In this document: in pieces, positions 12,001 to 22,127 of the stretch | Position numbering within the stretch: the first letter of the stretch is position 1 | Layout of the letters: every line of letters starts with the position of its first letter | Source of the DNA: Catajapyx aquilonaris | Taxonomy: Eukaryota | Assembly: GCA_000934665.2 (NCBI GenBank) | Contig: JYFJ02004356.1 | Location: forward strand, 1-34,810 | Direction: 5' to 3' | Length of the DNA stretch: 34,810 bases | Made by a program: the position numbers and the translations under genes | Notes under the pieces: model-generated | Told to the model about the DNA's origin: nothing | Databases searched by the model: none | What the model saw: only the letters and a program-made list of their open reading frames with translations

Positions 12001-12710
12001 AAGACGTCCACAGAACGTGACTAGTGACTGTGACTGGTCCCTTTTCCTCCCAATACGTAAGGGGGGAAAGGAGAATTACGAATTCCCCAACTGAATACCA
12101 ATGACAGCAGAGTCGCTGCTTCAAAACCGCGTTCCAATAAAAGAGCCTTTCCCATCTTCCCTTTCACAAAAAAAAAGTTACATGAAAAAAAAGAACAAGA
12201 TATCTTCTCGATATCTAATCTACCTGCATGGCCTGTATACCTTTTGCAAGTATGATTAATGTATTTTTTGATGCTTCCAGCATTATAATACCGGTTGTGG
12301 TACATATTTATATTTAAGTCACACGTGCAGGTCGCCTTGAGTTACCAAGTTGGCGAAATTGCGCTGTAAATCTGCATCAGACCAACCCAACGACTTGTCA
12401 TTAAAAACATAACAAAACAAAATAATCCTCTTTTCCTAGGGGTCTCATCCCCTGCTGCTGGAGGATTAAGTTGGAGTCTGGAAAAGGGGATCAAAATTTC
12501 ACCATCCAATCCACCCTAGATAAAGACATTTCGGACACAAAGATCATCGCTTAAAATCCCTCCTCCCGGTGCTTTAATTCCCTGCTTGTTAGTTGCCTTT
12601 AATATTAAGTGTCACACACTGATGAGTTCAATAAATTGGGCCTAATTATTCCCGGCATTTTATGACCCCAGTATTCCCGAGGGTAATGTCTGCCATTTAA
12701 TACTTTCCAG

Positions 12711-12838
12711 TGGCGCCTTCCACAGCCATGAAGTGCTACCAGTGCGGTTTATACGTCGAAGGTGGTTCAGTAACACCCTGCATGGACATGTCCAAGGAAA
12801 GTATGAAGGACTGCTCCGTAGGCAATAACTACTGTGTT
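12711..12838 (+). CDS. Ly6/uPAR (LU, three-finger; Quiver/Sleepless-like) GPI-anchored protein, first recognisable coding exon (end of signal peptide plus Cys1-5)
   Basis: Acceptor tactttccAG at 12701-12710 with phase-1 entry. Reads (x)TG-APSTAMKCYQCGLYVEGGSVTPCMDMSKESMKDCSVGNNYCV. Donor GTAAGT at 12839, phase 0. The CYQC start directly after a small-residue cleavage site (STA|) is typical of LU domains. Confidence 0.9.
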
Positions 12839-12932
12839 GTAAGTACCTGTTTTTACACCCTCACTATCATGATTGGCAATTTCAGAGCGGATTATCCTAA
12901 CATAAAAATGTTTTATGTTTTTTTCCCCCTAG
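12839..12932 (+). other. 94-bp GT-AG intron (phase 0) of the Ly6/LU gene
   Basis: Begins GTAAGT and ends ttttttccccctAG. Splicing keeps the frame (..YCV|KYV..). Confidence 0.88.
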
Positions 12933-12990
12933 AAATACGTGGTCAAAGGTGGCGAGGTCAGGCAGTGCAGTAAGGAATGTGAACCAAAAA
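12933..12990 (+). CDS. Ly6/LU protein, middle exon (Cys6-7)
   Basis: 58 nt encoding KYVVKGGEVRQCSKECEPK plus 1 nt (A). Acceptor AG at 12931-12932, donor GTGAGT at 12991, phase 1. The VRxC motif is characteristic of arthropod LU proteins. Confidence 0.88.
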
Positions 12991-15226
12991 GTGAGTATTT
13001 TTACAAAAAGTAACTATTCGCAATCAAACTACGTACTTGAAGTAGTTCATTGACTGGCTAAGAATTCAGTTATGAATTCACTCCTCCTATCTTCCCTCCC
13101 ATGTCGTTTTAGAAACAATTTCAAAGTCTCGATATCGAACGTAACTTAATCCCAAGCGCCGCCAATTTCGGATCTTAAGCACACTGGATGCGTTTACGGC
13201 TCGGGATACTCCTCTTTTGCATGTTATTTGGCAGCAACAGGAGGTAAAAGTGGTGCTGGGAAAAGAGAAGGAAAAGGGGCGGGAAAAAAAAGGAGGCTCT
13301 CGGGTTGCCATGATGGAAACCCGGTAGGGAATTCAATTAACAAAGCCCTTCCCCATCCAACTCGGGGGGGTTCCATTAGTGAGAAAGCAGATTGGATTAA
13401 AGTGTATATCATTGCCTATGGTTATGAGGGGGGGTCAGTCAGTTTTCGACAGGAACTTGGGAAAACTTTACACGGTTGCAATTGCGACACTTTTTTAAAA
13501 AAACATATACATACATCAGGTTGCATTACATATTTTTTTTTACTTCGCAGCCTCTCACGGGCTATTCATTCTGGCCTATCGATTTCCAATTCTGGTCCGG
13601 GTTTTCCGCCGGATTTCCATCATCTTCCTTCCTCAAACTGATTTTCCAAACCCTTCCCTGGCCCCCCGTAAGAAACACCTCGGTTCTGTATACATCCAAC
13701 CCCAGGTTCTCTCGGTTTTTTTTTCAACTTTTTCTATTCATTGCCTTCCCATTTTCCTGCCTGCCTCCTTTGGACAAAGTATTTCCTCGGACCAAAAACC
13801 TGCGCTCGTTTCGCTTTTGCTCCAATTGATAGCCAGACTCGGAATCAATTTGTAAAAGGACTTGAAACGACCACGGCAGTAAAACTGATCTGGATCGGGA
13901 AGACACATTGGATGTGCGTCTACAGTAGTTGGCTTCCCAGATTGGCCTAGAACAAAAAAAACACATATAAATGGCCAGCTTACAAATAGACTCCAATTTG
14001 CTATCGTTACGACCTTTGATTCAAAAACCTTTATCTCGGAACGGGAGGAAAAACCTTTGCTATATTTCAAACACTTTGATAATATTTCGGACATTGCAGA
14101 CTTGATCGTGGTCCATTATTTTTAAAAAGCCAAGGCTAACGACACCTGCTAGTTTTTTTTAAAGAAAAATCGCACTCAGCATAATTGGACGTTTTCCGTC
14201 CCCTATGGATGAAATTGGCACCTTTTGTCCCCCCTCCGGCCTATCATGATGAAGTGGCCTATCCCCGACAAAGTCACAAACGCCTCTCAACAACTCGATT
14301 CCCCCGATGCTTGAAGAAGAAGAGCATTAGTCACCGAAAGGAAAGGAAAAAAAAGCCCTGAGGACGAGCCATGAAAAAAGAAGAAGGAAAGAAAAGAAGG
14401 AAGGGAGGGTTTGGCCAAAAAAAAGTCATCCATCAAGCCTGCAACAAGCTGGGCCCCCCGGAGGCCTTTTATTGGACTTCCAGTGAGGCGCCCCCAGGAT
14501 GGATTTATGGTTAACATAATAGCCTACGTGCTCTACATAACACTTTCTCCGGCGATGCAGCGAAAGGGATTAATTGACTGATCGGCACATCAATTGGGGA
14601 CTTGATCTCATCGTTTTTAGAGCCCAGCATTCATTCATCATTTCGAGCAGTCAGAAGAGGAAGGAAAAGAAATATGATGCCATATTAGAATTTTATACAG
14701 TGTTTGCAGCGTAATTCGTTCGGACTTAGCCTGTACCGTTGGCAGTAAGGCAAATGAGCCGTTAGCAAGACTTTCCCTGGGCGAGCAAGTGATCCGAGGC
14801 TTGGGAAGCAGACTAGGCTTTATGTCTGATTAACAAGGGAAAGTGAGGGGGAGGATGAGGAGGGGGAAAGGAGAATTAGGCGAATTAGCCCCCTCAGGCA
14901 AAATCGAAGCTCCGGGGGGGAAACAGCAACGGGCTCCAAAGTATTTAAGGGGGGCCAGGCGTGCAAAAGAACTGCGATTTCAAGATTGTTTCACGGCGAC
15001 TTAATGGCCATTCATAGGGCCTGGAAACAGCGCCGATCAAACTCAATCGCCACCAGTTTCCCCAAGCTCAAACTACCTCAATGTTCCTGTTTATTCCTCT
15101 ACAAAATCCAGGCTAGCTTCTCTTGAATATACGGCCCGGAATAGCCTAGAAACTTCCTTCGGGGCAACTGAAAATTAATTAAACGTCGGTTTCGCCTTTG
15201 AAATTTCCAGAGTGCGTGGACGCCAG

Positions 15227-15339
15227 TGACGTCATCCCGGTATTTTTTATTCAGACACGTGGCTGAGCCTGTAATGGTTTTTTTTCTCTCTCTCTCTCGG
15301 TGATTGACGCTTGACGGGACTGATGACGCGATTACGTCA
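15227..15339. promoter_or_regulatory. Intronic cluster of CRE/ATF sites plus an E-box (candidate enhancer)
   Basis: TGACGTCA at 15227-15234, CACGTG at 15256-15261, TGACG at 15305, 15312 and 15324, TTACGTCA at 15332-15339, and a (CT)n/GAGA tract at about 15284-15298. Confidence 0.35.
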
Positions 15340-15837
15340 TCCCCGGCGCTGAGTGCGACTTAATGCGGCAGCTAACTAGTCCGGGGGACCTGTAATAGAC
15401 ACTCCTGGTCGACGTTCAAAGTTGTTCTTTGTTGCCTCTCCCCAAGCTTTCCCCCCCCCCCTCTTTCCACGCTATACCCAATTAACGCTGACTGGAGGCC
15501 GTGATGAATTGCAAAACCTCGGCTGGACTTACTTGCGGAAACGGGCGAGAGGCAAAGTCCGAAAAAGGTGGTCCTTCTCCCACGGATTTTCTGCGCGGTA
15601 AAATCCTAATTGGTTGCACGCGTTTCTGAAAAAGGGGGGAAAAAAGATTGCTAGCATCAGCACCTTTTTGCTTCTCTTGCTATGATGAGACTGCAAACCT
15701 CAACACTTCTAATTTTGCAGAGGAAACGATGTGGGATCTAAAATTACATGCTTGAAAAAAATTTATACAGTATACATGCTTGCATGACCTATCCAACAAA
15801 AAAATAGCACCAATTGTCTCCGGATATTGAAATGAAG

Positions 15838-16294
15838 GGGTCTCGGACTTTTCGCCCCCGCCGTTTCGCCCCCGGCATATTGGTCCCCGTGACATATTCG
15901 TCGTGGTGGGCAAAGCCACAATAACGTTAGTTGGCCTGCGGCGTCACAAGACGAACAGTAAATGTTGCGGATACAGAAACCCACAATAAGCGCCCAGCTC
16001 CGCTATCGCCCCGCAAAAACTAAAAATATCACGCACGGGCGACGTACCGTGCCTGGCAGGGCCGCAGGAATGGACAGCACTGTTGCTGTAACAAAAAGCC
16101 ATACAGGATCACCAGCACAAAGCGCACCTCCATCCCTGTGACCTAAGCAGAAGACCGCAAAATTTCATTTTATAAATCAGGCATTGCCTCGAGAAATGCC
16201 GAGCCAGTCACGGGAGCGAAACTGTCACGGGGGCCAATATGCCGATGGCTAAAGGTCCGGGGGCGAAACTGAGGGGGCGAAAAGTCCGGATTCC
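15838..16294. mobile_element. Non-autonomous TIR DNA transposon (457 bp) with a 9-bp TSD, MULE/Mutator-like
   Basis: Identical flanking GAAATGAAG at 15829-15837 and 16295-16303. Left end gggtctcggacttttcgcccccgccgtttcgcccccgg..catattggtccccgtgaca. Reverse complement of the right end is ggaatccggacttttcgccccctcagtttcgcccccgg..catattggcccccgtgaca. Subterminal TTTCGCCCC repeats are present, and no transposase is recognisable. Confidence 0.85.
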
Positions 16295-16485
16295 GAAATG
16301 AAGCCATATTATTTATACATGTCATCCGATCTCTCTCGAAACCTTTTCTCTCCCGGTGAGCAATATGGAGTGGCCCGGAAAAGGAAAATTCTTCGCTTTT
16401 TTTCCTCCCCGATGCCCTCCGCTTTTCAATCTGCAGTGATTGAGAGTAGACGAGAAGAAATCACGTGCGGTAAAACCGCAGCCCA

Positions 16486-16508
16486 AGAGAGAGAGAGAGA
16501 GAGAGAGA
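16486..16508. repeat. (GA)n microsatellite
   Basis: About 11 uninterrupted AG units. Confidence 0.9.
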
Positions 16509-18399
16509 CTTAGCAACAAATCGCCTCCTGCGATTGTTTATTCCCTACAAAGAGTCCTCCCCCTTGAAGAAGCCATCTTTCAACTATTTTTTTCCCCCCT
16601 TTCTTTTCAAAGCAAGTACAACCAACCCTCCCTGGTCTCACTGGCAGAGAAACACTTTTGTTGATTGATGGAAGCCTAATCCCGAAGCGGATGAGGATAC
16701 ATCCGGGTATTCTTCCGCGGAAATTTCCGGCCCGCCAAGCGCGATCCTAGAATTGCATCGATTACCGTTACCTCGCACTGAATTACGACAACTTCTCTCC
16801 AGCGAAAGCGGAATCCAATTTCTTCAATCCCTTTAGATAAAAAAATATATATAACATAGGAGGTGAGGGGTAAGGTTTGAAGGAAAGAATATACTATTGC
16901 CTTGTATCTCGCGAAAATTACACCCGTTTTCTCGACTCAATAAACAATCCTGGATTTCCACGCCGCAGTGGAATATGCTTCGAACACTTTAGCACAGAGA
17001 GAGAGAGTAGTGGGGGAAAGTAATTTCGTTTCTACCCACTTAGTTAGAAATTCATTCTCTTGCGGGACTAATGACTGGCTTTTCGTACGAGTATCACGAA
17101 GTTTCTAGGGAGGAAATTGAGAGAATTAAATTGTAAAATAAAGAGGCTCTTCCTGAATGATAAGCATGGGCTTTAAAATGGCCTCCCTAAATTGATGTGG
17201 AAATGTACACACGTTCACCGCACTTGCAAAAAAAAAAATCATATTAATTTGACAAGTGTGCAGGCAATTCCGTCCAACTTTCCAGAGAGATCCAATCCCC
17301 CCCTCCAAAGTTGGACGCGTCTTTTTCCCTTCTAATAACCTCTATAAATTCGGCAGCGGCATAGTTAGGGGCTCCGGATCTCTTCTCCTGCTTTTCACAT
17401 ACGAGCGGGAAGGGCTGGTGTATCCTCTCGCTCGACTGTGCTCCTCTCTCGAAAAGGTTTTCTTGGGGAAATGGCTTTTCCCAGGCTCTCATCTCAACCA
17501 TCTATCGCCCAGGGAATAAATCCCCGCCTCTGCAATCCCACCACGTTTACTATTCTGTACTCCCAGAGAGCTAAACTTGCGCTTTTCAATTAACCAACCG
17601 CTTGCTGCTTATGTAAACCTTAATTCTTTTCATTCAGGTTGTACCTAGTCAATTTTGTAAGATTAACCCCGGTCGTGAGGGATTGACTTTTCTTTTTTTA
17701 AAGAGAAGTATCGGGTATCGTTAGAGGGTCATCTGGAATGGAAAATCGCTTTTCCCCCAAACGTCCAATACTTTCGGCGCACAAAGTTCACGGGGTGAAA
17801 GCTGTTTGTGGTTCCTTTTTTTTTGGAGGAGGAGGGGTTGAGANTGGAGGAGGGGGGGGGGGGAAACGAAGTGGAAATTTCATCCCACGTATAAACCGTC
17901 GACCCCAACAGCTCGGCCATGTCTATTGCCTTTCGAATAGATCTTTTCGATTTCGGATAGGGTCCGGACGTAATGAGGAAATCACAACCTGCGAGTTTTA
18001 TATACGGAAACTTTTCCAACCAAGATTTGAGGCGCGCAGATCCAATTTGAAACGCACGAGTAATTGGCTTGAAATCGTAATGCGGATTGCAGCGATTCAT
18101 TTTTGACAAACCTTGTAGCTTATGACATCACTGAGTTATTAACCCCTGCAAAAGCGACTGCAGTGCAATGTAATAATTTAGCTACATGCACTGAACTCCC
18201 AGGGAATCAAGTATAATTAGCACTAGCTAAATGCGCCAAGATATCAGGCTTTGTCAGCCTGCTCTCATTAATTATATTCTTTACGCAGGTTATGAATTGT
18301 CACATTAATTACGTACAACTCACATTCCCCCGCCCCCTCATGTCTCCCATTAATATTAGGCAGGATCTGCCCTTGTCATAATATCACTAATATAATTTT

Positions 18400-18810
18400 G
18401 GTGACATGACACGCCCGTTATGCAATACATTATCTACGCAGCGTATAGCAAATATGGTGTAAAACAAGGCTCATTAATTTTTTAACTTACGCAATTTGGT
18501 GTACACGGCTCTAAACAAATCGCTTCCTCCTGTTAACGCCAACGCAATATAAAACAGTGTTGCGCTACTAGGTTTTATGATTTGATTTTATGCTGCACGT
18601 ATAACCGCTTTAAAAGAAGGCCAGCGGCGACCTTAGTCACTTGCTATAACAGTCAGCTTATATAGTCCATAAACTGGTTTTTTGTAAAACTCTAGCTGTC
18701 CATATAAAGTTACGATTGAAAATCTGGCCATTTCATGCAAATATGACGCGAAAATTTTGCTTCAATATCAATTTCACGAAGATAGTTACTCTTATAATGC
18801 AATGAGAGTA
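18400..18810 (+). pseudogene. Decayed non-LTR retrotransposon (LINE) reverse-transcriptase remnant, intronic
   Basis: GDMTRP, then GVKQGS (18456-18473), FNL, LLGF[4-nt deletion]DLIL (18565-18590; resembles LxFADDLxL), SIN..VK and DSYSY, in RT motif order. Confidence 0.5.
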
Positions 18811-19331
18811 CACACTACATGCATTTTCATCTCAACTCGATGTTATATAATATTTTTTACGACCTTTCCCTTACCACCAATCCTCCAGCATAGCTTCCGA
18901 TTCTTTATGCCGGGCTGTCAGTTGCCGAATGCAACCATTTACAAAGTTTGACTATTTTTCTTCTGAATACGCAATTTTCCGAAGGAATAACCCTTCCCCT
19001 TTTTTCCCCGTTCCTCCGACCAGAATCATCCTTCCACACAAAAATTCCAATTCCACCGGAAACGAAAAAAAAAAGTTTGTAACCACCCAGTTCTCCAAGA
19101 ATCTGTAGCAAAATCCTACTTTTATGTCCGCTTTCCCCCCCCCCCCCCTTCTCCTTTTTTCCCAAAAGAAGACAGTGCAAGTGGAAAAAGGGGGTGAGTT
19201 TGAAGTGTGGAGGGGGCTCTCTTTTGAGGCTGTCGGACCTGCTTGTGAATGGGGGCCTAGTGAGCGATTTTGGGAGCTGTCGATGCTCGACTTGTAGGCC
19301 TCTTTTTTAAAAAAGCCATCGACTATAGCGA

Positions 19332-19416
19332 CAGGGTGTTTGGTAATGATCCGGCTAAACTTTTCCTATAGGCAGATCATGTCGGTTTTAAAATCGGATA
19401 AGTTTGGAACACCCTG
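19332..19416. mobile_element. Small Tc1/mariner-type MITE with CAGGGTGTT termini
   Basis: acagggtgtt (19331-19340) pairs with aacaccctgt (19408-19417). TA lies on the right and GA on the left, possibly a mutated TSD. Confidence 0.6.
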
Positions 19417-20505
19417 TAGTATATAAGGTGGCAGATATTGCTCGAATTGCAGCTTGAATGATATCTGCAGCGTGTCTATCTGGCCCCGGTAGTTAAAGCT
19501 GACACCCTTCGAAATGTGCTGACACGGCCTCATGTTTCGTTCCCTGTGCCTACAAAACTAGTTCGGGTTTTGGAACCTCCCCTGCCGCACTTTCCTAATG
19601 GGCTTTTCCCGTGACGGCATTAATTTTAAATGGCTCTCTCTCCCTCCCCCACACGTTCGAATGCAATTGCACTGTATCTCCATCTGAATGCCGCCGGATA
19701 ATTGAACCGTGATCCTTCTGCTGTGTAAATAAATTGATTAGAGTCTGCAATCAGTCCCAACACTGATGATGCTCCATTCATACCAAAAAAAATTTGGGAG
19801 GGGGATGGTGTCTCATTACTGTGTAAGAATAAGGCTTTTCGTTTAGAATTACTCGCCTTTGCCTTTGCTCGATCCATTAGTTTAAGTACCAGGAATACTC
19901 AGGCGGCGTCACCATTTTGCCACCTGAGCCTCACACCGTCGGATCCTCTCTTATTAGGCGGAATTAATACCCTCGACGACAGAATTAGGTGCCTTGGAGA
20001 AAACTGCTGGCACGCCATCCACTACACTATGCGTGCTTTGCGTACACTGAACATATATCATCCCAGTATTGCACACAGGCACGTGAAAAAAAAAAGAAAA
20101 GAATTATTACATTCTTTTTATATAACATCCGCATTATCCTGTGAATCCAGCCTCCCAGTGATTCATGTCGGCGCGTTAGACCGACTTTGGAAGACCTGTT
20201 TTCGTTCCATTTCTTATCCCCCTGCCTCGTTTGGGCACATTAGACCAAAGTGCCACTTTCGATGCAGGTATATCGCACCCCTTTTTTTTCTTAGCCCCCC
20301 CCNCCCCCCCCCCCCAAGTTTGCGTGTGGGCCAATCCTTTCCTGCAGACAAATCGCAGGCGCCTTGTAAAAGTGGGACGCAATCAACCTCAAAATAAAAT
20401 ATATAAAAAAAGGGTTGAGATCTAGGCGACAAACTGAAATAGAAAGTGGAACAAGGTTCGACACATTTTAAAAGCAAATAATGCAAATTTTTTGGAGGTG
20501 ATATG

Positions 20506-20545
20506 TACAGGGTGAGGTTTGAACCAGTTTTTGACACACCTTGTA
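20506..20545. mobile_element. Minimal TA-CAGGGTG...CACCTTG-TA MITE remnant
   Basis: tacagggtg ... caccttgta, matching at 8 of 9 positions, with TA at both ends. Confidence 0.4.
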
Positions 20546-21898
20546 AGCTATCGACGCCCTGAGTTGGTAGTCATCCGTCAACGTCAATGTCAAACTGTTG
20601 CTGAAAGTGTCACTTGACTTGAAGTTTGTAACTTTGTTGCTTCTTCTTCTCTCTTTTTCCGAGGCCCAATGCATCTGCCCCTTACATCTATCGGCACTTA
20701 CGACGCTGCCAATGAACCACGGCTTTTTATCTCGCAACATCCTTTGTGCCTCGAGACGTCGTTAACTATCTTTAGTAATTGTCTCGCTTTTTTAAAAAAT
20801 AAAAAAATGAGGGCGGTACGTCTCTTTTCTGTAGCCGACAGCCACGGAATGAGCTGTGCAAAACCACCCTCCAAAGTTGCGGGGCCGTTTAATATGCAAA
20901 TCCGGAGTATTGGAAGGCGGGATAGGCTGCATATATAAACCCACCCAACTTATAGATATGGTGATGGATCATGCATCAGCCCGGGATGATAACCGAGATC
21001 ACAGAGTTGCATCAACACATTGGAACAATCATAACCGTGAAGAATGACCCTCGCCAAATGCGATAGGGCCGGCTCTAAATCCTCCAATTGAATTATGATG
21101 GCAGTTGCGCGCCCAGGCCTTGTTGTGTTTTCATTGTCAAAGGCTAAAAAATCAGGGCAAGCCCGAATTTCCGACTCAAATTATACGGGGGGGGGGGGGG
21201 AAGNNNNNNNNNGGGGGGGGGGGGGGAAGTGTGGAACTTGCCACTCGAGCAGTAATCGGCTTTATGACATCTTCCTAGTAATACAAGCACCGCGCTAAGT
21301 GCTGTCACTTGTCACCTGAGAGGCTAAATTGCATGGCTCCCCACCACCTAACGCATCCCTTCAATTTAACTACAAGCCTCCCCACTCTCATGCCCCTCTC
21401 TCCCTCATACCCCTTCCAACAGCACATAATGTACCTTTCCGGAGGTTCCGCAATTCCCGTAGAAGCACGCAAGTAAATCCAGTGGCGTGCGGTGGATTCC
21501 CTCGCAAGGCTTTTCCCCCATGAGCCCCAGCCCATGTCGCACTCATTACCACCGGGATTACAACTGGCAGCCTAACCCCCCTTTACACGCTAAGCAACTG
21601 GGCTCCTTCCCATACTTTAACCCGCATCCGTTTATACTAGAAAAATTTGGCAACACTGCCCAGCCCGCACCCCCAACTTGGACGTAGTACAAGGCCACTA
21701 CCAGTTGGCGCATAGGCTCTGCACACTTCTGCCACTCTCAGCGCGAAAGTAGTACTACATGCACGTTGGTGATGAGTCAGCGCGCATACATCCAGTTCTG
21801 TGTCGAAAGTGTGCCACCCCGATTTGTGTGTAAAGAGTCAACCTGTTATGTCCTGTCATTACCGAATGGGAATAGGAATAATAATATAGCCTATGACG

Positions 21899-21953
21899 TA
21901 TCACCTTGCTGCGAATGGTTACCACAGTGGTAACCATTCGCAGCAAGGTGATA
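21899..21953. repeat. Perfect palindrome with 27-bp arms and a 1-nt spacer
   Basis: tatcaccttgctgcgaatggttaccac-a-gtggtaaccattcgcagcaaggtgata. It starts and ends with TA. Confidence 0.95.
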
Positions 21954-22002
21954 AGCCAACGCGTGGATATGATTCAGTTTGTTTCATTTTATTTCATTGC
22001 AG

Positions 22003-22127
22003 GTACTGGAGCACTTAGCGTGTACTGCTGCCAGGAACCGGACGGATGCAATGGAGGATGGACGCCCAGCGCATCTCGATCTTTGCTGGTGGTCACTGCC
22101 CTGCTGTCCCTACGTAGATTCTTCTAA
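22003..22127 (+). CDS. Ly6/LU protein, terminal exon (Cys8-10, CCxxxxxCN, GPI signal)
   Basis: Reads (S)TGALSVYCCQEPDGCNGGWTPSASRSLLVVTALLSLRRFF-TAA (stop 22125-22127). Has the CC...CN LU signature, small residues for an omega site and a hydrophobic tail. Preceded by a polypyrimidine tract and AG. Confidence 0.9.

Larger units (their letters stand above)
12991..22002 (+). other. 9012-bp GT-AG intron (phase 1) of the Ly6/LU gene
   Basis: Begins GTGAGT and ends tttcattgcAG. A+GT gives an in-frame Ser codon, and the join yields exactly 10 Cys. Contains N bases at 17844, 20303 and 21204-21212. Confidence 0.75.

Noticed and set aside
12839..12973. Read-through of ORF 12710-12973 as a single-exon protein
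   Set aside because: The portion after 12838 is intron plus out-of-frame exon. Splicing restores the LU cysteine pattern.
13087..13311. Minus-strand CCC..C ORF as a second Ly6 terminal exon
   Set aside because: Lacks the CN motif and the hydrophobic tail.
21755..22002. Identical N-termini (MLRMVTTVVTIRSKVI) of opposite-strand ORFs 21755-21946 and 21906-22127
   Set aside because: An artefact of the perfect palindrome at 21899-21953. The sequence is intronic.
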